A stretch of DNA of 64,000 bases from an uncultured Nitrososphaerales archaeon. Its GTDB lineage: Archaea > Thermoproteota > Nitrososphaeria > Nitrososphaerales > Gagatemarchaeaceae. Under the pieces are notes generated by a model that ran no database searches, had not been told where the DNA came from, and was given only the letters and a program-made list of their open reading frames with translations. The stretch spans positions 512,001 to 576,000 of the forward strand of contig OY970160.1 of assembly GCA_963706445.1 (NCBI GenBank), written 5' to 3'. The position numbers and the translations under genes are program-made. Positions 55,956 to 64,000 of this stretch are shown in pieces (within the stretch, counting starts at the first letter, position 1; each line of letters starts with the position of its first letter).

Positions 55956-58101
55956 TTATTTCACCGCTGGTCCGGGTGTCTCTTCAACGTACAGGATGCC
56001 TCCGGGCAGGCCCGTCTCGCCCCCTTTGACGTGGACGTGCGGCTCGCACTTGGACGGGTTCTGCTGGGCCCTGATGCCCCACATCAGCCTGTAGCAGCCG
56101 GTGCAGCGGACGTCTTTGGGGTCCATGGGCTCGGTCTGAGGATGATGATCGTAGCAGGTCTTGGGTCCGCTCACGCCCCTGGTAGGGCCCTGCGGGTTAA
56201 TTGCCTTTGCGTGGGAGTGCGTGCGAGTGTCGCTCAAACCCCGCTCCTGACCTTCATGTCCTGGACCTGCTGGCAGTCCTCGCACCACTTCCAGTCTGCC
56301 TGCCAGGTCTTGACGTCGACCGGCTTCGTTATCCTGACGCCGCAGAGGGCGAGCCAGAAGGGCCTTCCCAGCTCCGAGAAGGTCACCCTGGGGTCATCCC
56401 TGTAGAGATGGACGAACTTCATGGCCCGGCCTCCGAGGGGGCTGGTGCTGGGGGTTGTGCTGAAATCCTGAATCGTTCTTCTCTGGGACAATGGATGCAC
56501 TTGAAGGATATTGAACCGTCGCCCCAGTCTTCTTTTTCATATTGGTGCCTGTGTGCCCTCATACTGACTCCACCATCAGCTCTCTTTGCCCCATCGGAAG
56601 CTTCACGCAGTCTGCGCAAGTGTAGATTTCCAAGAAGCCATTTTGATTGCCTATCCTGATTCTGAGGCGTTCACTTACGACCCAGCCGGACGAATGTTCA
56701 GTTCCGCACTCGCGGCAGCCTTTGGAATCGACATGGATGGACGCCTTCCCTCGATTGAACCTCACTTCGCGTCCTCTTCCTTGCCTGTGGACGAGGAGAG
56801 CCTGTCGATTCGAGCAAGAACCCATTCATAGGCATCTAATGCGATTCGCGCCTTCTGATAGTCTAAGTCGTCCCTCAATGCTTGCCTGAACTGCTTACCG
56901 ACTATCTCCTTTGCGTTCAACTCGAACCCATGCATGATGGTCTGCTCTCCACTCATCTGTTTCTCGACCTGCATCCTCAGTTCCTTCAGTCGGCTGTCCT
57001 TCTCAGCGTCGAGGGCCTTGAGGTCGCGCATGACGCCTTCGAGCGTGGTGATGTCTTGTGCGGGTAGCATCCATCTGGTAATCGTGTTCAGTCGTTCAGC
57101 CAGTCCCTTCGCTGTCGCTTTGGCCTGAGCTGTCATGGGAACATTTCCTCATGGGGGCACAACTTACTTTGAACCATCCCCATATAGTCTCTCGTTGTTC
57201 TATACTTCTTCCAGCACCGCTTGCATTGTTTGAACTTTGGTCGGTTCGGCCAATCTCCTTTGCGCGTCCTCGCCTTCCCCTCTGTTTCAGTCATGGCTTG
57301 CTCCTATCATGGAGGGGTCGCTCAAGGGAGTCTTGGTCTCTTCGCCCGCGAGCCTGATGAGCAGTTGGTTGTAGGCCGTGGGGTTGAGTTCGCGGCGGAT
57401 TTTGCGGGCGACCTCGAAGATGTTGGTCTCCCATCTGGCGAAGAGGTTGAGGGCGTTCAGTTCCTTGTGCGCCCACCATTCACAGTCCTGCTCGGGGACG
57501 AACTTGTCGGGGCTGAGAGTGGGGAATATGGGAAATGGATTAGGCAGGTCTGAAGAGGAACGAATGATGTTGAGAAAGACCTGAGTCCATTCGTTGTTGC
57601 ACTTCTGGCAGAGGTTCATGGTGACCTCACCCTGTAGAGCCTCTCGCGCCCCTTTAGCATGGGCCTGCTTTCGAGGACGTCTATGCCGAGGAGGTCGCTG
57701 ATGGGGGTCTGTACTGCCAGCTGGGTCCAATAGGTGCTCTTGCCAGCATGGTGAGCGATCGTCTGACCGTTGACGACTCTGTTGTTGAGGGCCATCTGGA
57801 TTCCTTTGACTGTCTGCCAGCCACCCATCAAGGCTAACTGCATCTTGACAGTATCGTGATTTTGGCCGGGCTTCCAGTCGACGTCGTGCTTCCTGCCTCC
57901 GCCCAGCTGGCGCTTGTCGCATTCGATGTAGGCGCCGCACTGCTGACAGGTGTGGCCACTCATGGCGCCTCGGCCTCCCTCTGTATCCTGTTCTGGAAGT
58001 GGTTGACCGCGTCCCAGCAGTCCTGGCATCCCCGCTCGTAGTCCAGGCCGTGCTGGGGGCAGGACTCCGACTTCTCGGTCAGTGCTTCCGCCTCCTCTCA
58101 T
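55956..58101 (-). other. Array of short, overlapping minus-strand early/middle ORFs, many with CxxC motifs
   Basis: For example 56234-56421, 56762-57136, 57133-57294, 57287-57619, 57616-57963, chained by start/stop overlaps. Confidence 0.55.
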
Positions 58102-58489
58102 ATCGGCCGTCCCTGTCGACCCACCAGCCCCGCCGTTTCGCCTCTGCGATGACTTCTTGGTACCTGGCCTTGGCTGCCTTCAGCAGGACTTCGAAATCGT
58201 CGTCCGACATCTCGGACATTTCATCAGACCTCAGGGGCTCTCCGATGGTGGGCAGGGCGACCATGCCAGGGTGCTCCGCGAACTTGGTGAGGGGGACGAC
58301 GGCGTTCCCGTTCTCGTGGGCCTGGACGTAGCTTCTTGCGAGCTCTACCATCAGGGGGCTGAAATCAGTGCCGTCGCGCCTGGCGATCCTTTCCATCCTC
58401 TCGGCGAGAGGAACGTCGGGACCAGTGAAGGCGACACCCTTGAGGACCCGGACCTTAGCCAAGTCGAGGCCTCGTTTCTCTTTTCTCAT
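58079..58489 (-). CDS. RHH-like DNA-binding protein
   Basis: GVAF...LAERMERIARRDG..FS.LMVELARSYV. Confidence 0.45.
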   Translation of the reverse strand: MRKEKRGLDLAKVRVLKGVAFTGPDVPLAERMERIARRDGTDFSPLMVELARSYVQAHENGNAVVPLTKFAEHPGMVALPTIGEPLRSDEMSEMSDDDFEVLLKAAKARYQEVIAEAKRRGWWVDRDGRYERRRKH

Positions 58490-58898
58490 GGCGCTTAATC
58501 CAGTTACAGTTCGCACAGAGAATCTGAAGGTCCTTTTGCGCTTCTTCAGGATGCTTCAGATAGTAGGCGACCATGACACCTCCAGAACCCTTGAACTTCT
58601 CTTTGATCTGCTTCTGTCCTCCTCCATTGATATGATCAAATTGGAGGGCGCGGCCATCGGTGTACGGAAGAATATGCTGACCAAATGGATTGGTGCAACA
58701 GCCGCCGAGGAGAGTTAGAAGATTCTGCCGATTTCTCTCGAAGTGCCTGCGGGTGACGCTGCGTCTTGTGGACCTACCCTTCGGGGTAGCCAGCCACTTC
58801 TCGTATCTTTCCTTTGTTGTTTGTTGTTTTGTTTGTTTGTTTAACAGAGTAGGTAGGTAGGTAGGTAGGGTAGGTGGACCGGAAACACTGGGGATCAT
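58455..58898 (-). CDS. HNH-like endonuclease with low-complexity N-terminus
   Basis: LGGCC, LQFDHINGGG, LQILCANCNWIK. Confidence 0.7.
   Translation of the reverse strand: MIPSVSGPPTLPTYLPTLLNKQTKQQTTKERYEKWLATPKGRSTRRSVTRRHFERNRQNLLTLLGGCCTNPFGQHILPYTDGRALQFDHINGGGQKQIKEKFKGSGGVMVAYYLKHPEEAQKDLQILCANCNWIKRHEKRETRPRLG
58813..58876 (+). repeat. Adjacent (TTGT)n and (TAGG)n microsatellites
   Basis: TTTGTTGTTTGTTGTTTTGTTTGTTTGTTT then TAGGTAGGTAGGTAGGTAGGGTAGGT. Confidence 0.85.
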
Positions 58899-59043
58899 AG
58901 GGGCCGCCAGACCTTCTCCATTCGGCCATGACACAGCTTGGTCTCTCCGCGCACCAAGCCCCGCTTCTCCAGCTCCAGCATCATGTCCAGCCGTTCGTTC
59001 TGGGACCGAGGCCAGCGACTTTCGATTTCGGTCACGCAGATGT

Positions 59044-60432
59044 TCATGCCGCCACGACCTCCTCGACCTTGACCTCTGTCGGGAGCCGGTACATCCCGTT
59101 CTCTTCCTTGACCATCAGGCCTTCCCTGATGTAGGGGGCGACGTTGCTGGCGAAGTTCTTGGCGCTGAAGGGCCAGCCCTGCTCGACGAAGGACGCCCCG
59201 ATGTCCTTGGGGTAGACGGCGCGGTTGAGCCTGTTGAGGACGTAGACGACCTTGCCGATGAATGAGTCCGACTCCAGTTTGGTGACTTGGAGGGTGAAGG
59301 CGGCGAGGGTCGTGGTGGCGGTCTGGGGTGGGGCGGGGGGTGATTTTGCAACCCGATTAGGCCGATCCGCGGAGTTCGGCGTTTGTTCTCCCTCCATCAA
59401 CGATGCATCGTGCGGGGGTCTCGCCCCATCCATCTCGTCCTCGACCTTGTCGTGGATTTTCTGGAACTCGGAGCCGAGGCCTTGGTCTTTGTGCCTGGCG
59501 TGCTCGTCCAGGAGCTGTTGCAGCTCCGGTTTCTTCTCGCGTGGTTTGCGTCCTTCGAAGACATCCCTGAACCTCGCGATGAACTCACCGACGTCCATCG
59601 GGTGGATTTTGCTGGCGTCGAAGCGCTTGAGGTTCTCCCTGGTGGCATGGAAGGTCTCGCGCACCCTAAACTTCGTGCGCACCCCAGGGACGTTCATGTC
59701 GGGGCCCCAGACGTAAGCCTCTCCGTCCTTCAGGTTGCTCAGGGAGTCGAGCCACTTGTCGAGGGTCTTCTTGTCGGACATCCTGTTGACAGCCCACGCT
59801 GCCACCGCAGCCTTGTCCTGGGGGGCGTTGGTCCTCAGCACCACCAGGAAGTCGGACTGCGTGAGGACGTTCTTGTTGATGACCGCGCTCCTCTGGGAGA
59901 TGAGGGAGCAGCCGAGGTTCCTGTTGCCGCCCCTCCTGACGAAGTTGTCCACGGCCCCCAGGCAGACGGTCTCGTTCTTCATCGGGTGCTGCGGGGCGAT
60001 GACGTCCGCCTCCTCCAGGAAGATGTGCCTGTCGTTGGTGTTGGTCCTGCGGAGCTCGTCCAGGAACAGGGGAATGAACTTCTGCACGGCCGCGTGGCTG
60101 AGCTCGGAGATGTCGACGACCGCCGAGACGTTGCTCTGGATCAGGGCGTCGGCCAGCTTCTCTGCCTTCTCCGGCTCCAAGGGGAGATCCCCATGCTCGC
60201 CCCCGAAGACCACCACGGGCAGGCCCTTGCCCTTGCCGTCGAACCCCACGCGCAGGCCCCACCAAACGCCCATCGGGTCCAAGACTATGATCGGGATGCC
60301 GGCCTTGACCATCTCCTCCGCGAGGACGGCCGCGGCCCAGGTCTTGCCCGCCCCCCTGATGGCCAGGAACGAAAATACACGCCTTGCAGCGTCGAGAGAG
60401 AGCTCGAGCTCCGGGGAGATCCTGAGGTTCAA
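59044..60432 (-). CDS. HerA/FtsK-superfamily ATPase (DUF87-like) with C-terminal wHTH-like tail
   Basis: AIRGAGKT, LDPMG, IFLEEAD, RRGGNR, ISQRSA. Confidence 0.8.
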   Translation of the reverse strand: MNLRISPELELSLDAARRVFSFLAIRGAGKTWAAAVLAEEMVKAGIPIIVLDPMGVWWGLRVGFDGKGKGLPVVVFGGEHGDLPLEPEKAEKLADALIQSNVSAVVDISELSHAAVQKFIPLFLDELRRTNTNDRHIFLEEADVIAPQHPMKNETVCLGAVDNFVRRGGNRNLGCSLISQRSAVINKNVLTQSDFLVVLRTNAPQDKAAVAAWAVNRMSDKKTLDKWLDSLSNLKDGEAYVWGPDMNVPGVRTKFRVRETFHATRENLKRFDASKIHPMDVGEFIARFRDVFEGRKPREKKPELQQLLDEHARHKDQGLGSEFQKIHDKVEDEMDGARPPHDASLMEGEQTPNSADRPNRVAKSPPAPPQTATTTLAAFTLQVTKLESDSFIGKVVYVLNRLNRAVYPKDIGASFVEQGWPFSAKNFASNVAPYIREGLMVKEENGMYRLPTEVKVEEVVAA

Positions 60433-60433
60433 G

Positions 60434-60952
60434 CTATGCGCCCTCCTTCTTGTTGAGGGCCGTGACGAAGCGATGGTTCGGGTGGTCCCTGTCGTGGGTC
60501 GCTATCGCGTCCGACGGGTCCTTCCCAGATACCTCGTGCCTGACCTCCGTCGGGCCTACCTTGCAGACGAAGACGTAGTGCTTGTCTGTTGTCGAAATGT
60601 CTGGGATGTTGGAGGAGGGCCCCGCCGCTGAAGAAATCTCGCGGCGGGTTCCATGCGTCACAGTTTGGTGGTGCTTCATCCCTTGTGTCGTGCTGAAGGT
60701 CTTGCCGCAGTCTGGGCAGCTGGTAGGGCCCTTTGCGGTCCTGCCTCCGTGCTGCTTCCTGACGTGGTGGTTCAGGCTGTCCTTGGTCTTGAAGTCCTTG
60801 CCACACTGGTCGCAGGCCATCCGGGTGCCGTTCCTGGAGGGCTTCGCTACTGAAACTGCCCCCCCCGTTTGTTTTGCGAGGTAGCTGCGCAGCAGGGTCC
60901 CGATCTCCTCCGGGGTCCCTTCGACCTCTATCCCTGAGATGTTGGTTCTCAA
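60434..60952 (-). CDS. Tandem C2H2 zinc-finger protein
   Basis: CDQCGKDFKTKDSLNHHVRKQH and CPDCGKTFSTTQGMKHHQTVTH. Confidence 0.8.
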   Translation of the reverse strand: MRTNISGIEVEGTPEEIGTLLRSYLAKQTGGAVSVAKPSRNGTRMACDQCGKDFKTKDSLNHHVRKQHGGRTAKGPTSCPDCGKTFSTTQGMKHHQTVTHGTRREISSAAGPSSNIPDISTTDKHYVFVCKVGPTEVRHEVSGKDPSDAIATHDRDHPNHRFVTALNKKEGA

Positions 60953-60955
60953 GTG

Positions 60956-61237
60956 TTACGTCCCATGCTCCCAGCGATGTTTCCTGAGCTCGGTCTCTGA
61001 ATGAAGCAGCCGTCCGCATGAGTTGATTGGACAGATGAAGATCGGCTGTCCTTCCTGGTGCTGGATGCAGCTTCCTCTTAGGTAGCCCTTGCCTCCAAAA
61101 TACAGGTCGAGCCTGCAGCCACAGGGTTGGGGGATTTCCACCTTGATCCCCATCCGCTTCTTCCCTGGGTGCTCTAATGTCGGCCGAGTCATTAATCCAG
61201 GGACGAATCCCTTGCGGCGCGACTCCAACACATCCAT
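60956..61237 (-). CDS. C2H2 zinc-finger protein
   Basis: CPINSCGRLLHSETELRKHRWEH. Confidence 0.6.
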   Translation of the reverse strand: MDVLESRRKGFVPGLMTRPTLEHPGKKRMGIKVEIPQPCGCRLDLYFGGKGYLRGSCIQHQEGQPIFICPINSCGRLLHSETELRKHRWEHGT

Positions 61238-62635
61238 CAGCGAGAGGCCTCCAGGACGACGTGACCAGGTCTGATGCCTACTTCCGGGGCCCTGGGGGAG
61301 GGGGTTTCGCCCTTTTTCGGGCGTCCCAGGGGCTTGTACCCCCGGAGGGTATTGAACGAGGGGTTGTGGAGGACCCCCTGCTTCCCCAGAATGACCGCCA
61401 CTTCATCGCGGTTCACTCTGATGCCGAATATCTCAGGCTCGGCGTCCTGCTCATCCAGGCTGGCGAGCAGCCATCGGATGCTCTTCGCATGAGAGAGGAG
61501 GGCTTTCTGCTTCACGATGGCCCTCTGGGTCTCGGGCTTCGTCTACGTCCCCCCTGTAGGCGTCATGCGTAGAGCCTCTTCGTCTGCTCGGCAGAAGCGA
61601 TGAAGGCCTTGGTCTCCTTCTGGACGTAGGGCCAGAAGGCCTTGTCGGTCAGCAGGGGGGCGTCGACGAGGAGCAGCCTCAGGCCGGCCTTGACGCCGAC
61701 CTGGGCCATGCACTCGTCGAAGGCGACCTCGGGCGCAGTGTCGGTCAGCTTCACGTTGTCGAAGTGCCTGATCATCGAATCGGTCTTGCCCATCGCCATC
61801 AGTCCCTGTGCGTCGTCCCGTCCAGGTTCAGCGGGGCCTGTCCCTTGCGGAGCACTATGGTCTGGCCGCAGTTGTCGCAGGGCTTCTGGAACCCCGACGG
61901 GGTCGAAGTTGCTGACTTGGGCGGCGCCGCTGCAGGCGTGGCTGCCGAGGCCTTGAACCGGCCCATGACGTAGATGATCCTGGTGGCCGTCTGGAGCTGC
62001 AGGGTCCCTTCGAGCACCGCCGAGTTGACCATCTCGGAGACCTTGATCAACTCCCATCCCTTCGCGAGGTACTCGTTGGTGGTGCGCTCGTCGTGGACTT
62101 CGTTGATCTCTGCCAGGCCGGACCAGTAGCGGTCGGAGCTCATGCCGGGTCCCCCGCCTCGCAGACGATGCGCGGCCCCTCGACCCTATGCGTGTGGCCG
62201 AAGGGTGAGTTGGGGCACGACACGACCTCGATACGCTCGGGGAGGCTCATGCTTCCGCCGTCAGCTCCGAGATGGCCGCTTTCTTCCAGTCGTGGGTGCT
62301 GGTCCCCGTGCCGTTGAAGTGGAAGTGGTTCGGGTCGCCAGGCCTTGCCTCGCAGGCCTTGCCGCAGACCCATAGGCCGAAGCGCTCGGGGCACTTCTCC
62401 CTGCACTTGGAGATCATCTGGCCGGGTCCCTCTTGGCGCTGATCCTACTCTCGAGGTCCTTGGCTATCCGACTGACGATCTCGTCCGCGCACTCGTCGCA
62501 CGCGAACCTGGTCACGCCCTCGATGGTCGTGGAATAGCCGTCCTCGGCAAGGGTGACACCGTTGCGCTTCCTGCAGGCCTTCGTCAGCTCGAAGTCGCAG
62601 TGTTCGGCTTTGGTCTCGAGGACGGTGGTGGTCAT
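61237..62635 (-). other. Array of small early ORFs (61237-61515, 61563-61800, 61799-62143, 62247-62417, 62414-62635)
   Basis: Chained overlapping ORFs, several with CxxC motifs. Confidence 0.5.
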
Positions 62636-62805
62636 CTTGCCGGCGCCGCCTGCAGCTTCTCGTACTTGTAGGCCAGGCCCAACGCGAAGTGGATCGCGTC
62701 GGTGCTCGTCTTGATGCGGTTTCTCTCCTTGAAGGCGAGGAACTCCTCAGCCTCTTTGTCCTCAAGGTCGATCCTGATGTGGATCGGCTCAGTCTTTTGT
62801 CCCAA
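62632..62805 (-). CDS. 57-aa RHH-like regulator (Cro-like position)
   Basis: MGQKTEPIHIRIDLEDKEAEEFLAFKERNRIKTSTDAIHFAL; below ORF-track cutoff; first gene of the leftward operon. Confidence 0.6.
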   Translation of the reverse strand: MGQKTEPIHIRIDLEDKEAEEFLAFKERNRIKTSTDAIHFALGLAYKYEKLQAAPAR

Positions 62806-62940
62806 AATCACTCACGCGCACTCTGAAGCAATAGTGAATATAAGTGTTTGCTAATCACTACCAATGCACGGGATATGCTATACCAAAAGTGTAGTGAGTC
62901 CAAATCACTTATAATCACCTCTGTTCCTGTAGGATGACCG
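62806..62940. promoter_or_regulatory. Divergent promoter region with two AGTG-N9-CACT operators
   Basis: Operators at 62843-62859 and 62893-62909 abut TATA boxes TTATAT (minus, 62843-62838) and TTATAA (plus, 62909-62914). Confidence 0.6.
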
Positions 62941-63351
62941 ATGCCGAAGAAAGCGGAAGGCAGATACAACGTCCGGGTGAACTTCGAAGGTGACGAACTG
63001 GGCAGATTGAGAGAAGTCATGGACCACTATGGCATGACGGTGGGGACTGAGCTGATCCTGATGCTCCTGAAGCGCGAATACGACCAGCTGCACAACACGA
63101 AGCCCCGCTTCGAGCACGTCAACCCCAAGGAGGGCTATCCCACCGACCACGTCTCCATCCTGGATAGAGAACTTGGGAATGGGGGACGGATCGTGAGCGT
63201 GTACTTCAAGCGCGACAGGGCCCCCTTCTGCGACTACGACCAGGGGAGCGAGTGCGTCCACGTCGACTACGCCTGGCAAATCCCCACGGTCGCCGAGCGC
63301 CTTCGCAAGGAAGGGTTCAAGAGTCCAGGCGAGAAGCAACAGAGGAGGTGA
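62941..63351 (+). CDS. Repressor-like RHH protein with C-terminal SWIM-like Cys/His motif
   Basis: YNVRVNF...LREVMDHYG....ELILMLL; FCDYD...CVHV. Confidence 0.6.
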   Translation: MPKKAEGRYNVRVNFEGDELGRLREVMDHYGMTVGTELILMLLKREYDQLHNTKPRFEHVNPKEGYPTDHVSILDRELGNGGRIVSVYFKRDRAPFCDYDQGSECVHVDYAWQIPTVAERLRKEGFKSPGEKQQRR

Positions 63352-63358
63352 ATAGAGA

Positions 63359-63751
63359 ATGGGAAAATACCTATGTCCTAACACGAATTGCAAGGACCTC
63401 GGCAGGTACGAAGAGGGTCAGGCCTGCCCTACCTGCGCACAGACCATCAGGAAGCTCGGGATCACGGAGACGTTCAGCGTCAGCAAGGCCAAGAGGCAGA
63501 GTGCGGGAGACGAGGCCGCGCTCCTGGTGACCGCCGACATGAGCGACGAAGAGATCAGGGAGCTGGCCGAGCAAGACATGGCCAACCTGGCCAAGCACGA
63601 GGCTGGGACCAAGTGGATGAGGGTCGGCACGCTGCTGTCGGGCAGCTCTACTGACCAGATGCTCGGAGCAGGGTTCAAGGCCATCATCGACCAGAACAAG
63701 ATCCTCATCCGGCAGAACGAGCTCATCCTGAGGGCGCTGAAGAAGGAGTAG
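63359..63751 (+). CDS. Lysogeny-module protein with N-terminal Zn ribbon
   Basis: CPNTNC...CPTC; C-terminal KAIIDQNKILIRQ helix. Confidence 0.55.
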   Translation: MGKYLCPNTNCKDLGRYEEGQACPTCAQTIRKLGITETFSVSKAKRQSAGDEAALLVTADMSDEEIRELAEQDMANLAKHEAGTKWMRVGTLLSGSSTDQMLGAGFKAIIDQNKILIRQNELILRALKKE

Positions 63752-63778
63752 GGGAACTTGACCCGCAGGTCCCATGCC

Positions 63779-63789
63779 CGCCCGGGGCA
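63779..63789 (+). repeat. attR core CGCCCGGGGCA
   Basis: Exact repeat of the tRNA-Glu 3' end; flanked by an arm inverted relative to the attL-side arm. Confidence 0.8.
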
Positions 63790-64000
63790 GGACTTCCACA
63801 TCAAAGAGTCTTGATTTTCGATTGCCGATGGGGCTTCAGGCCTAGGGCCATGAGGAAATACGCCGCAGAACCGCGCTCGGCAATCAGGGAGGACGAGGAG
63901 TAAGGTTCAGATTCCGCCCGTCAGCGCCATGTAAAGGCCCGAAGCAAGGAAGAAAGTCCCGAAGGTCAGAAGCACACTCCCGGCAAGAAGGTCCAGCCCC

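Larger units (their letters stand above)
31046..63789. mobile_element. Integrated tailed archaeal provirus (siphovirus-like, about 32.7 kb), probably defective
   Basis: Integrase next to tRNA, att direct repeat, TerS/TerL, portal, protease, MCP, tail tube, chaperone frameshift, tape measure, LamG tail protein, divergent regulators. Confidence 0.92.

Noticed and set aside
31027-60631. Long antisense or alternate-frame ORFs (e.g. 31027-32229, 38110-39702, 38634-39956, 47179-48666, 51370-52809, 59383-60456)
   Set aside because: Shadows of GC3-rich coding strands; Arg/Pro/Gly-rich or mirror-repeat translations with no motifs
63790-64000. 3' end of a host membrane-protein gene on the minus strand
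   Set aside because: Truncated by the window edge and the frame is ambiguous; cannot be called

Overview
Archaeal chromosome segment. It has a histone, S17e, archaeal ArgRS, tRNAs without encoded CCA, TATA-box promoters and frequent TTG starts. The host is most consistent with a GC-rich Nitrososphaerota/Thaumarchaeota-like archaeon, but that is an inference. Positions 1-31 kb hold housekeeping and metabolic genes: an intein-containing PurD, HemL, a cupredoxin/surface-protein/Rieske/cytochrome b cluster, tRNA-Arg with a non-canonical intron facing argS, a PadR-ABC exporter, FBP aldolase/class I FBPase/GDH/TPI and tRNA-modification genes. This half also has a complete ~2.05 kb IS6-like element with terminal inverted repeats, a target duplication and passenger genes. 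Positions 31,046-63,789 are a ~32.7 kb tailed (siphovirus-like, HK97-type) provirus inserted in the 3' end of tRNA-Glu, with both att cores visible. Its notable features are a palindromic attP that supplies an in-frame ATG to the integrase only after excision, a divergent two-RHH switch with paired operators, a gpG/gpGT-type -1 frameshift and a portal-proximal fibre/glycosyltransferase module. A 7-copy late-promoter motif includes two copies inside the protease-scaffold gene that predict nested co-terminal proteins. An apparent deletion removes the capsid C-terminus and head-completion genes. Several single-base frameshifts could be decay or sequencing indels. All protein calls are motif-based by eye; no database searches were run.
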